A program made the translations under genes and the position numbers. From contig NC_057754.1 in assembly GCF_004010195.1 (NCBI RefSeq), forward strand, positions 1,756,306 to 1,820,305: 64,000 nucleotides of DNA, given 5' to 3'. The notes beneath the pieces are model-generated. The model made no database searches. It saw only the letters and a list, made by a program, of their open reading frames with translations, and was not told where the DNA came from. Below are positions 1-12,493 of the stretch, one piece after another; the stretch's first letter is position 1; each line of letters opens with the position of its first letter. Source of the stretch: Chiloscyllium plagiosum. Taxonomy: Eukaryota.

Positions 1-630
1 AACTGGCAGTGTCATCAGTCTCTACTGTTTCCAAAAGCTTCAACTTGTTCCTGACAGGTACTTCTCCCAGGGTCTCTTGCACCTGTCTCCTCTCTGCCTT
101 CCTCATTGTCTGCTCACTTCTGCTCTCTTCTGGAACGATTGGTGTAATAACCTCGCTGAAGGTCTTGTCCAGAAAGATCTCGTTCTCTCGGATGAGCCTA
201 AGGTCCTCGAGTTCTTTCATCAGCGCTGCAATATGCTCGGTCAATTGCTGAATGTGCACACACTTTCCACACATATACGAGCCAGACACACCAGAGTCGT
301 TGACATCCTACATCAAGCACGTAGTGCATGAACCAGCTGGGCAGTCATGTCTTCACCCTCTTCAACTGTGGCGTAATCACTTCACTCAACCTCCTTGTCA
401 AAGACTCCTGAGCTGAAGCCTTATTCTTCGATCCAAACTTCCTTAGACCCTCTTTTTGTGGCAAGTCTGTGGACTCTTAATTAAGGTTAGAGGAGGAGGG
501 AGGGAGGGGGAGGGAGACCCTACTTTGTAGGACCTGGGGTTTAGAACACACCCACTCTAATAGCAATCACTTACCTTCCCGACCGGCTTTGCACTCCGTC
601 TGAACTTCCGCCCAGCTCCCGCCGCTCTCG
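1..630 (-). mobile_element. CR1 LINE 5' end: 5'UTR (~349-630) and disrupted ORF1 N-terminus; element continues left of the window
   Basis: Minus strand from ATG ~348, with one frameshift and one stop, reads MTAQLV/CTTCLM*DVNDSGVSGSYMCGKCVHIQQLTEHIAALMKELEDLRLIRENE. This CxxC..CxxC plus coiled-coil layout matches the CR1 ORF1 at 48053-48790. Confidence 0.8.
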
Positions 631-3600
631 ATGTTCCATGTTTCAATGTTCCATGTTCCAATGTTCCAAGTTCTGTGTTCCATTTTCAATGTTCCATGTT
701 CTATGTTTCGATGTTCCATGTTCTATATTCCATGTTCTATGATCCATGTTCTATATTCCATGTTCTGTGTTCTATGTTTCGATGTTCCATGTTCTATGTC
801 ACATGTTCTATGTTCTGTGTTTCATGCTGGATGTTCCATGTTCTGTTGTCCATGTTCTATGTTCCATGTTCCAATGTTCCATGGTCTGCGTTCCATGTTC
901 CATGTTTCGATGTTCGATGTTCTATGTTCCATGTTTTTATGTTCCATGTTTCGATGTTCCATGTTTCGATGTTCTATGTTCTATGTTGGATGTTCTGTTG
1001 TCCATGTCCTATGTTCCATGTTCTGTGTTCCATGTTTTGATGTTCCATGCTTCGGTGTTCCCTGTTCTGTGATCCATGTTCTATGTTCCATGCTCTGTGT
1101 TCCATGTTTTGATGTTGCATGCTCTATGTTCCATGTTCTATGTTGCATGTTCTAAGTTCCATGTTTTAATGTTCCATGTCTGTGTTCCATGTTTCAAAGT
1201 TCCATGTGTTATGTTCCATTATCTGTGTTCCATGTTCCATATTTCAATGTTCGATGTTCTATGATCCATGTTTCGATGTTTCATCTTTCGATGTTCCCTG
1301 TTCTTTGTTCCATGTTTTGATGTCCCATGCTCTATGTTCCATGTTCTATGTTCCACATTCGATGTTCCATGTTTCAAGGTTCCATGTTCAATGTCCCATG
1401 TTCTGTTGACCATGTTTTACGTTCCATGTTCTGTGTTCCACATTCCAATGTTCCATGTTCTATGTTCCATGTTTCAATGTTCCATGTTCTATATTTCATG
1501 TTCTTTGTTCCATGTTCCGATGTTCCATATTCTATGTTCCATGTTCTGTATTCCAAGTTTCAATGTTCCATGTTCCATTTTACATGTTCTATGTTCCACG
1601 TTCTATATTCCATGTTCTATGTTCCATGTTTCAATTTCCCATGCTCTATGTTCCATGTTCTGTGTTCAGTGTTCGATGTTCCATGTTTTGCTGTTCCATG
1701 TTTCAATGTTCTATGTTCTTTGTTCCATGTTTGGATGTCCCATCCTCTATGTTTAACGCTCTGTGTTCAATGTTCTATGTTCCATGTTTCAATGTTCCAT
1801 GCTTCGATGTTCTATGTTCTATGTTGCATGATCTGTGGTCCATATTCTATGTTCCATGTTCTGTTGTCCATGTCCTATGTTCCATGTTCTGTGTTCCATG
1901 ATCTATGTTCCATGCTTCGATGTTTCATGTTCTGTGGTCCATGATCTATGCTCCATGTTCTGTGTTCCATGTTTTGATGTCCCATGCTCTATGTTCCATG
2001 TTCTGTGTTCAATGTTCTATGTTCCATGTTTCTAAGATCCATGTTTTGATGTTCCATGTTTCGATGTTCTATGTTCTATGTTGCATGATCTGTGGTCCAT
2101 ATTCTATGTTCCATGTTCTGTTGTCCATGTCCTATGTTCCATGTTCTGTGTTCCATGTTTCGATGTTCCATGCTTCGATGTTTCATGTTCTGTGGTCCAT
2201 GTTATATGTTCCATGTTCTGTGTTCCATGTTTTGATGTCCCATGCTCTATGTTCCACGTTTCGATTTTCCATGTTCTATGTTCCATGTTCTGTGGTCCAC
2301 TTTCTATGTTCCATATTCTAAGTTCCATGTTATGCGTTCCATTTTCTATATTCTGTGGTGCATGTTCTGTGTTCCATGTTTCAATGTTCCATGGTCTATG
2401 TTCCATGTTTCAATCTCCCATGCTCTATGTTCCATGTTCTGTGTACGGTGTTCTATGTTCCATGTTTCGACATTTCGCATTTAAATGTTCGATGTTTTAT
2501 GTTCCATATTCTGTGTTCCATGTTCCATGTTTCGATGTTTGATGTTCTATGTTCCATGTTTCTATGTTCCATATTTTGATGTTCTATGTTCTATGTTTCA
2601 TCTTCTGTGGTCCATGTTCTATGTTCCATGTTCTGTTGTCCATGTCCTATGTTCCATGTTTTGTGTTCCATGTTTTGATGTTCTATGCTTTGATATTCCC
2701 TATTCTGTGGTCCATGTTTTATGTTCCATGCTCTGTGTTCCATGTTTTGATGTCCCATGTTTCGATGTTCCATGTTTCAATATTCCATGTTCTATGTTCC
2801 ATGTTTTAATGTTCCATGTTTTGATGTTCCATGTTCTATGTTACATGTTCTGTGTTCCATGTTTCAATGTTCCATGTTCTATGTTCCATGTTTTGTGTTC
2901 CATGTTTCAATGTTCCATGTTTTATCCATCATGATCTGTGTTCTATGCTTTGATGTTCCATGTTTTGATGTTCCATGTTTCGATGTTCCATGTTCTATGT
3001 TCCATGTTCTGTGGTCCACGTTCTATTTTCCATGTTCTATGTTCCATGTCATGTGTTCGTTCTATTTTCCATGTTCTATGTTCCATGTCATGTGTTCCAT
3101 GCTTTGATGTTCCATGTTCAATATTCTATGTTCTGTGTTCCATGTTTCAATGTTCCATGTTTCGATCTCCCATGCTCTATGTTCCATGATTTGTGTTCGA
3201 TGTTCTACGCTCTGTGTTTCGATGCTCCACGTTACAATGTTTCATGTTTTCTGTTCCATGCTTTGATGTCCCATGCTTTATGTTCCATGTTCTGTGTTCG
3301 ATGTTCTATGTTCCATGTTTTGATGTTCCATGTTGCATGTTCTGTGTTCCATGTTTCGATGTTCAATGTTCTGTGTTCCATGTTCTATGTTCCATGTTTG
3401 GATGTTCAATGTTTCGATGTTCCATCTTCTATGTTCTGTGTTCTGTGGTCCATGTTCTGTGTTTCATGTTCTATGATCCATGTTTTGATGTTCCATGTTT
3501 GATTACCATCTTCTATGATCCATGTTCTGTGGTCCATGTTCTATGTTCCATGTTATACGTTCCTTGTTCTATGTTCCATGTTTCGATGTTTCATGTTCTG

Positions 3601-6600
3601 TGTTCGATGTTCGGTGTTCCATGTTTCAATGTTCCATGTTCTATGTTCCATGTTCTCTGTTCCATGTTCTATATTCCATGTTTTGATGTTCCATGTTGTT
3701 TTAAAAAAAATTCTCAAGGTCAGGTTCGTAGGAGAGTATATTCCATGTTTTGATGTTCCATGTGTTGATGTTTCATGTTTTGAGTTTCATGGTCTATATT
3801 TCATGTTCTGTGTTCCATATTTCAATTTTGCGTGTTCTATGTTCCATGTTCTGTGTTCCATGTTCCATGTTTGGATGTTCAATGTTTTGATGTTCCATCT
3901 TCTATGTTCCGTGTTCTGTGGTCCATGTTCTGTGTTTCATGTTGTATGTTCCATGTTTCGATGTTCCATGTTCTGTGTTCGATGTTCTGTGTTCCATGTT
4001 TCAATGTTACATGTTCTGTGTTCCATGCTCTATGTTCCATGTTGTATGTTCCATGTTTCGATGTCCCATGCTCTATGTTCTATGTTCTGTGTTTGATGTT
4101 CTATGCTCCATGTCTTGATGTTCCATGTTTCAATGTTCCATGTTCTATGTTCCTTGTTCTATGTTCCATGTTTCAATGTAACATGTTTCAATGTTCCATG
4201 TTCTATGTTCTATGTTTCGATGTTCCATGTTGTATGTTCCATGTTTCAATATCCCATGCTCTATGTACCATTTTCTGTGTTCGATGTTCTATGTTCCATG
4301 TTTCAATATTCCATGGTCTATGTTCCATGTTCTGTGTTCCATGCTTCGATGTTCCATGTTCTATATTCCATGTTTCGATGTTTCATGTTTCATTGTTCCA
4401 TGTTCTATCCTTCATCATCTGTGTTCCATGTTTCAATGTTCCATGGGCTATGTTTCATTTTCTTTGTTCCATGTTCTGTGTTCCATGTTCGATGTTCCAT
4501 GATCTATCTTCCATATGTACATTTTCCATGTTCTGTGTTCCATGTTCTATGTTCCATGTTGCGATGTTCCACGTTTTGATTTTCCATGTTCTATGTTCCA
4601 TGTTCTGTGGTCCATGTTCCACGTTCCATATTCTAAGTTCCATGTTCTGTGTTCCATGTTCTGTGTTCTGTGGTCTAGGTTCTGTGTTCCATGTTTCAAT
4701 CTTCCATGTTCGATATTCCATGTTTCGATCTTTCATGCTCTATGTTCCATGTTCTGTGTTCGATGTTCTATGATCCATGTTTCGACATTTTATGTTTCAA
4801 TATTCCAGGTTTTATGTTCCATATTCTGTGTTCCATGTTCCATGTTTCAATGTGCGATGTTCTTTGTTCCATGTTTCGATGTTCCATGTTTCGATGTTCC
4901 ATGTTCTATGTTTCATGTTCTGTGTTCCATGATCTATGTTCCATGATCTGTGGTCCATGTTTTATGTTCCATGTTTCAATGTTCCACATTCTATGTTCCA
5001 CGTTTCGATCTCCCATGTTCTATGTTCCATGTTTCAACATTTCGCATTTCAATGTTCGATGTTTTATGTTCCATATTCTGTGTTCCATGTTCCATGTTTC
5101 GATGTTTGATGTTTTATGTTCCATATTCTCTGTTCCATGTTCCATGTTTCGATGTTTGATGTTCTATGTTCCATGTTTCTATGTTCCATATTTTGATGTT
5201 CTATGTTCTATGTTCCATCTTCTGTGGTCCATGTTCTATGTTCCATGTTCTGTTGTCCATGTCCTATGTTCCATGTTTTGATGTTCTATGCTTCGATGTT
5301 CCCTGTTCTGTGGTCCATGTTTTATGTTCCATGCTCTGTGTTCCATGTTTTGATGTCCCATGTTTCGATGTTCCATGTTTCAATGTTCCATGTTTTAATG
5401 TTCCATGTTTTGATGTTCCTTGTTCTATGTTCCATGTTTTGATGTTCCATGTTCTGTGTTCCATGTTCTATGTTCCATGTTGCGATGTTCCATGTTTCGA
5501 TGTTCCATGTTCTATGTTCCATGTTATGTGGTCCACGTTCTACTTTCCATGTTCTATGTTCCATGTCATGTGTTCCATGCTTTGATGTTCCATGTTAATA
5601 TTCCATGTTATGTGTTCCATGTTTCAATGTTCCATTTTCTATGTTCCATGTTTCGATCTCCCATGCTCTATGTTCCATGATTTGTGTTCGATGTTCTACG
5701 CTCTATGTTTCGATGCTCCACGTTACAATGTTTCATGTTTTATGTTCCATGCTTTGATGTCCCATGCTTTATGTTCCATGTTCTGTGTTCGATGTTCTAT
5801 GTTCCAAGTTTTGATGTTCCATGTTGCATGTTCTGTGTTCCATGTTTCGATGTTCCATGTTCTGTGTTCCATGTTCTATGTTCCATGTTTGGATGTTCAA
5901 TGTTTCGATGTTCCATGTTCTATGTTCCGTGTTCTGTGGTCCATGTTCTATGTTCCATGTTTGGATGTTCAATGTTTTGATATTCCATCTTCTATGTTCC
6001 GTGTTCTGTGGTCCATGTTCTGTGTTCCATGCTCTATGTTCCATGTTCAGCATTACATGTTCTGTGTTCCACATTCTATGTTCCATGTTCTATATTCCAT
6101 GTTTTGACGTTCCATGTTTTGATGTTCCATGTTCTGTGTTCCATGTTTCGATGTCCCGTGCACTATGTTCCATGTTCTGTGTTCCATGTTCTATGTTCCA
6201 GGTTTCGATTTTCCATGTTTCAATGTTCCATGTTCTATGTTCCATGTTCTGTGTTCCATGTTTCGATGTCCCATGTTCTATGATCCCTGTTTTGATGTTC
6301 CATGTTTCAATGTTCCAAGTTCTATGTTCCACATTCTGTAGTCCATGTTCTATGTTCCAAGTTCTGTGTTCCATGTTCTGATGTTCCATTTTCTATGTTC
6401 CATGTTCTGAGTTCCATGTTTCAATGTTCCATATTCAATGCTCCATATTCAGTGTTCCATGTTCTGATGTTCCATGTTCTGAGTTCAATGTTTCAATGTT
6501 CTGTGTTCTGTGTTCCATGTTCTATGTTCCATGTTCTGTGTTCCATGTTTCGATGTTCCATGCTCTATGTTCCATGTTCTGTGTTCCATGTTTTGATGTT

Positions 6601-6718
6601 CTACGTTCTATGTTCCATGATTCGATGTTCCATTTATCAATGTTCTATGTTCTATGTTCGATGTTCTATGTTCCATGTTTCGATATTCCATGTTCTATGT
6701 TACATGTTCTATGTTCCA
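631..6718. repeat. Degenerate 7/8-bp satellite (ATGTTCC / ATGTTCT / ATGTTTC[A/G])n, at least 6.1 kb, running into a gap
   Basis: Directly visible tandem units throughout; + strand strongly T-rich. Confidence 0.98.
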
Positions 6719-7218
6719 NNNNNNNNNNNNNNNNNNNNNNNNNNNNNNNNNNNNNNNNNNNNNNNNNNNNNNNNNNNNNNNNNNNNNNNNNNNNNNNNNN
6801 NNNNNNNNNNNNNNNNNNNNNNNNNNNNNNNNNNNNNNNNNNNNNNNNNNNNNNNNNNNNNNNNNNNNNNNNNNNNNNNNNNNNNNNNNNNNNNNNNNNN
6901 NNNNNNNNNNNNNNNNNNNNNNNNNNNNNNNNNNNNNNNNNNNNNNNNNNNNNNNNNNNNNNNNNNNNNNNNNNNNNNNNNNNNNNNNNNNNNNNNNNNN
7001 NNNNNNNNNNNNNNNNNNNNNNNNNNNNNNNNNNNNNNNNNNNNNNNNNNNNNNNNNNNNNNNNNNNNNNNNNNNNNNNNNNNNNNNNNNNNNNNNNNNN
7101 NNNNNNNNNNNNNNNNNNNNNNNNNNNNNNNNNNNNNNNNNNNNNNNNNNNNNNNNNNNNNNNNNNNNNNNNNNNNNNNNNNNNNNNNNNNNNNNNNNNN
7201 NNNNNNNNNNNNNNNNNN
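6719..7218. other. Assembly gap (500 N)
   Basis: N run. Confidence 1.
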
Positions 7219-7324
7219 GGCAGTAACTGTGTAGGTTCTCTCTCTCTCTCTCCTACACTGTCCTCACCATGTGTTTCCTTCGTTCTCTCCATTTTACAAC
7301 AGGAATCTAGATGTGAACTAACTA

Positions 7325-7620
7325 GAGCGTTATAGCGAGTCAGCATAATATTCCTACTTTGTACTCAATGCCTCTAATTATGATAGCCAAAATCTGATAT
7401 ACTTTGCTAATGCATGCACAATATACAGGACACTGCTATCTTCAAAGATTTTTTCAACATAGATATTCAGGTCCCTGTTTCTCTGCACTTTCTTTAAAAC
7501 AGTGCCATTAATTATATATTGCCTCTCCTTATCCTTTCTGCCAAAATGCAACACCCTTTTCTTCTCTATATTAGATTCCAGTTTTCTGTTCATTTTGCTG
7601 GACTATCTAGGTCATGTTGC
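7325..7620 (-). mobile_element. Old CR1 ORF2 C-terminal fragment
   Basis: Minus ORF ...VLHFGRKDKERQYIINGTVLKKVQRNRDL resembles the KCEVIHFGRSN motif of the other CR1 copies here. Confidence 0.7.
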
Positions 7621-8421
7621 AGACTTTGTTTTTATTCTGCTCCTGAGCACTCTCTAGTGCAGCAACCCCTGCTGGGAGGCAAGTTTTTGGACATTGAATA
7701 AGACTTTAGCCCTGCCTTTGAGGTCCTCCACAGTCCAATAGTCCATTGTCACACATTGACCAGGATTGTGCTTTCAGAAAGGTCACCTGGGCAAGTGCCA
7801 TTTCAGTAGGAAGTTGTCAGTACTAATATTATCCTCTTGAGACATCATACCCCAGAGTTTCTGTAAGTATAGGTAATAGTCTCCAAAAGTCAGTAGAACC
7901 AGTGGAAGCTATCAAAGAATTTCAAGCACAATGTACATCAGCATTAGTCCAGCTTCTGTGATATTTTTGGATTGGTTTAATAAATATTGTTTTAGAAGTC
8001 AGCCCAGTTCAGAAATGGGTATCCTCCCCAGTTTGAGTTAATAACGATGGTATATTTCTGAGAACTGTGTCCAAGTGTAGCTTTTTGAAGGGAATCTTAA
8101 CATTAGGATGCTTACTTTTAAAAGATGTTTTATGTGTATTAACTTTAGTAAGTACTTTACACCAAGCAACTAGTAGACAATTCTGTTTAGTTTAACAGTC
8201 ATGTTCAGTTATTTAGAATCAGATTACTCAGGTAGAAGACCACCATGATTAAAAAATGCTCATTTTTTGTGATAAGTCAATTTTCTTACATTTTAATAAA
8301 ACTACATCAATCTGAAACAAATCAAATAATGTCTTTTAGTACAAAATCATTTTTAAAAATTTGCATTTAACACTTTGCACAATTGTTGTGCTGAAAGGCT
8401 TCTTTTACATTTTTTAAATTG

Positions 8422-9080
8422 ACTCTTTCATGGGATGAGGGTGTCATGGGCAAAGTACCACTTTGTCCCTAATTTGCCATCAAGTGATTGGCTTCTTAGG
8501 GCCATTTCAGAGGGCAGAGTGAATCTGGAGTCACATGGAGGTCAGACCAGGAAAGAACAAAGGATTTACATTCTCATTTCAGTGAAGCAGATAGGTCTTT
8601 TCAACAATAGTGGGCGGCACGGTGGCACAGTGGTTAGCATTGCTGCCTCACAGCGCCAGAGACCCGGGTTCAATTCCCCCCTCAGGCGACTCTCTGTGTG
8701 GAGCTTGCACATTCTCCCCGTGTCTGCGTGGGTTTCCTCCGGGTGCTCCGGTTTCCTCCCACAGTCCAAAAATGTGCAGGTTGGGTGAATTGGCCATGCT
8801 GAATTGCCCGTAGTGTTAGGTGAAGGGGTAAATGTAGGAGAATGGGTCTGGGTGGGTTACGCTTCGGTGGGTCGGTGTGGACTTGTTGGGCCGAAGGGCC
8901 TGTTTCCACACTGTAAGTAATCTAATCTAATCTAATCTAATAATGATAGTTCCATCATCACCAGTTTAGACTACCTTTCAGTTTTGTTGAATTGTTGAAT
9001 TGAATTTAAGTTATACCAGTTCTCATGGTGGGTATCTGGATTAATAATCTAGTGAAATTACCAGTGTGCCACTTTCTCCT
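8422..9080 (-). mobile_element. Old SINE/LINE-tail element interrupted by an HE1 SINE
   Basis: Left end TCTTTCATGGGATGAGGGTGTC is the reverse complement of the 3' end at ~47455-47485 (GACGCCCATGTCCCATGAAAGA). Confidence 0.5.
8611..8940 (+). mobile_element. HE1-type V-SINE (tRNA head, V domain, CR1-like 3' end, (AATCT)n tail)
   Basis: A box GGTGGCACAGTGG; B box GGTTCAATTCC; V domain CCCCGTGTCTGCGTGGGTTTCCTCCGGGTGCTCCGGTTTCCTCCCACAG; 3' GGGCCGAAGGGCCTGTTTCC; three more copies in the window. Confidence 0.9.
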
Positions 9081-9714
9081 GGGGTGTTTCAACAGATTAT
9101 AGAGCAAAAATATAAGTTGTGAAAAATATAAGTTTGAGCCGAAGTGCAACTTTCAGCCAAGTCTTCGATTATACCCATAGCAGAAATGCATACAGTGAGT
9201 GCAGCTTGCTGGGATGAAACAAGAGACTTTGGTGCTATGCTTGCCACAACTCTCAATCACTGGGGCTTTCCTTATTTGATGGCTGGAACTATTTTAGATG
9301 AATAGTTTGAGATTTGTTTTAATGATTAATCAACAATTCCATTACTTGGAGTATTGCTGTAAGAAGATGCATTTCATCAAAGCTTTTCATCTTGAATCTC
9401 ATCTGGATAATTTGCAAGGAATACTGAAACAACATTTATATCATATGAGAAAGAAATGCTGATTTGCTGGTGAATGAATATTGCTATGGTGAGTGCACAG
9501 GTTGGATAATGACTGACAGCTGCCAAGTTTTCTTGAAATCAGGAAGTTGACTCTGGTTGAGGCATTGTTCCTCAGAAATGATCCAGAGAATGGCTGTCAT
9601 CTGTTTTACTGAGTTGGAACAGATACAATGTATGCTCCTTCTGCCTGCAAAAAAGGGGGCTACATGTTAATATATATCAATTCCATTGCTTGCTTCCACG
9701 CAAGCCTAAGCGCT

Positions 9715-10390
9715 GATCCAGGGGTGCAGGTACATAGTTCCTTGAAAGTGGTGTCACAGGTGGTACAGGGTGGTGAAGAACGCGTTTGGCACATTTAATT
9801 TCATTGATCAGAGCATTGAGTACAGGAGTTGGGACGATATGTTACAGTTGTATATGACATTGGTGATGTCACTTTTGGAGTACTGCATACAATTCTGATT
9901 ACCCTGCTATCAGACAGTTATTATTAAACTGGAAAGAGTACAGTGAAAATTTACAAGGATGTTGCCGGGACTGGAGAGTTTGAGTTATAGAGAGTTAGGC
10001 TGGGTCTTTTTTCCCTGGAACATTGGAGGTTGAGTGGTGACCTTTTATATTCCTCAAATCATGAGGGGTATAGATAAGGTGAATAGACAAGGTCTTTTCA
10101 TCAGGGTAGAGGACCCAAAACTAGAAGGCATAGGTTTAAGGAGTGAGGGAAAGATTTAAGGGGGACCTTAGGGAGCACCTTTTTCACACAGAATGACGTG
10201 TACGTGGAATGAACTGCCATAGGAAGTGATAGAAGTGGGTACAATTGTAACATTTTAAAAATATTTGGACAGGATATAAATTGGAAAGGTTTTGAGGGAT
10301 ACGGGCTAAATGTAGGCAAATTGGAATTGTTCAGTTAGAAAACCTTGTCAGCATGGACAAGTTTCCCTGCTATATGACTGTATGACTCTT
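9715..10390 (+). mobile_element. 5'-truncated CR1 3' fragment
   Basis: GGGGTGCAGGTACATAGTTCCTTGAAAGTGG ... ACTAGAAGGCATAGGTTTAAG ... TATGACTCT tail; homologous to other copies in the window. Confidence 0.85.
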
Positions 10391-10881
10391 GCTGTCAATT
10401 TTTATTGTTTTAAAAGGAGTTGCTGTGCGTTCATTTGAATTCATACAAGACATTCAGTTTCATAAAGTGAACATTATCTGTGCACCTACACTGGGAAGCT
10501 CCCTCAGCTTCTTTCACTTCACCAGTGCAGGTTTGGCAGAATTCACACTTATGTTCATCTATAAGGTTGCTGTCTTACTTTCACGAATCTTATGGTGATA
10601 GAGTGGGAGAAGACATGGGAATTTTTCTGTTACAGTTTATCATTCACAAGACAGTAAGAAAGCAAAAGCCATCCAGTTCAACAAAAGCTGTGACTTTGTA
10701 AGCAACGTTTAAACTAACCACAGTAAACTCCATCTTAGCAACCTAAATTCCAGAGGGAAAACTTTGCATTGATGCTTCCTAATCTCCAAAGATAATCAAG
10801 CAAAGCTTCTTAAAATTAATTCATTCTTATATTCTCTCAGTCTCTGAATGTTCTTTGCAAACAGATATGTGAAGTAGGATT

Positions 10882-11765
10882 TAGAACAAAGAACAAAGAA
10901 AATTACAGCACAGGAACAGGCCCTTCGGCTCTCCTTGCCTGTGCCAATCCAGATTCTCTATTTAAAGATGTTGCCTATTTTCTAAGGATCTGTATCCCTG
11001 TGTTCTCTGCACATTCATTTATCTGTCTAGATACACCTTAAATGACACTATCATGCCTGCCTCTACCATCTCCATTAGCAACATGTTCCAGGCTTCCACC
11101 ACCCTCTGCGTAAAGAACTCTCCACGAATATCTCCCTTCAACTTTTCTCCTCTCACTTTGAACTCGTGATCTCTAGTAATTGAGTCCCACACTCTAAGCA
11201 AAAGCTTCTTGCTATCCACCCTGTGTGTACCTCTCATGATTTCGTAAACCTCAATCAGGTCCCCTCCATCTTTCTAATGAAAATAATCCCTATCTACTCA
11301 ACCACTCGTCATAGCTAGCACCCTTCTCTGGTGAACCTCCTCTGCACCCTCTATAAAGCATCCACATCCTTTTGGTAATGTGGAAACCAGAACTGTACGC
11401 AGTATTCCAAATGTGGCCGAACCAAAGTCTAATGCACCTGTAACATGACTTGCCAACTCTTGTAATCAATACCTCATCCGACAAAGGAAAGCATGCCATA
11501 TGCCTTCTTGACAACTCTGTTGAGCCTGCATTGCCACCTTCAGGGTGCAATGGACCTGAACACCCAAATATCATCAGGGCTTTTCCATTTACTGGAAAAT
11601 TCCATTTTCCATCCACTCTTGAATTGGATCTTCCAAAATATATCACCTCTCATTTGCCCGGATTGAACTCCATCTGCCATTTCTCTGCCCAACTCTCAAA
11701 TCTATTTATATTCTGCTGTGCTCTCTGAAAGTCCCCTTCACTATCTGCTACTCCACCAATTTATC
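10882..11765 (-). mobile_element. 5'-truncated CR1 3' fragment
   Basis: AGAACAAAGAACAAAG tail; minus ORFs TRDHEFKVRGEKLKGDIRGEFFTQRVVEAWN and IYFGRSN. Confidence 0.88.
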
Positions 11766-12351
11766 TCATAGTGACTTGTTGTTTAAACTAATTTAGCAGG
11801 GGGGTGGGAACCCAAATTGTAGTTTGAGTATACAGGAGGTTGAGAGGTCAGAAATAAGGTTTCAAGGTTGCAAGAAGGCACCGGCAAACAAGAAGTTGGT
11901 TTGAAGTGTGTCCACGTCAATGCCAGGAGCATCCAGAATAAAGTGGGTGAACTTGCAGCATGGGTTGGTACCTGGAATTTTGATGTTGTGGCCATTTTGG
12001 AGACATGGGTAGAGCAGGGACAGGAATAGTTATTGCAGGTTCCGGGATTTAGATGTTTCAGTAAGAACAGAGAAAATGGTAAAAAAAAAAGCGGGTGGTT
12101 GCAATGTTAGTCAAGGACAGTATTACGGTTGCAGAAAGGATGTTTGAGGACTCATCAACTGAGGCATTTTGGGCTGAGATTAGAAACCGGAAAGGAGAGG
12201 TCACCCTGTAGGGAGTTTTTTATAGGCCTCCGAGTAGTTCCAAAGATGCAGAGGATAGGATATTAAAGATAATCCTCGATAGGAGCAAGAGTAACAGGGT
12301 AGTTGATATGGCCAACTTTAACTTCCCAAATATTGACTGGGTTTACTATAA

Positions 12352-12418
12352 GGTAAAAACAATGACTGCAGATGCTGGAAACCAGATTCTGGATCAGTGG
12401 TGCTGGAAGAGCACAGCA
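12352..12418 (-). mobile_element. Short Penelope-like terminal repeat fragment inside CR1
   Basis: Reverse complement of the segment at ~15430-15490 (TGCTTTTCCAGCACCACT..TGGTTTCCAGCATC); interrupts the CR1 EN coding sequence. Confidence 0.7.
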
Positions 12419-12493
12419 AACAGTTCAAGTACTTTAGATGGGTCACTTTTTGTCCAGTGTGTGCAGGAGGGTTTCCTGACAGTATATAGACAG

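Noticed and set aside
631..6718. Dozens of long Cys/Met/Phe-rich ORFs (MFHVLCS..., MEHRTWNI...)
   Set aside because: Translation artefacts of a stop-poor heptamer repeat; open in all + frames with no domain structure.
631..6718. Arrays of steroid-receptor half sites (TGTTCT) or p53-like CATG sites
   Set aside because: Spacing and orientation do not form canonical response elements (no IR3 or RRRCWWGYYY pattern); incidental to the repeat unit.
6302..7346. ORFs spanning N gaps (also 52264-52641 and 54508-55233)
   Set aside because: Length is inflated by N runs.
8611..8680. tRNA genes at SINE heads (also 33622, 41940-42008, 53039)
   Set aside because: A/B boxes run directly into SINE bodies; no complete cloverleaf.
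9365..9410. Possible further decayed hammerhead/Penelope end on the minus strand
   Set aside because: Core is mutated (CAGATGA) and stems do not pair convincingly.
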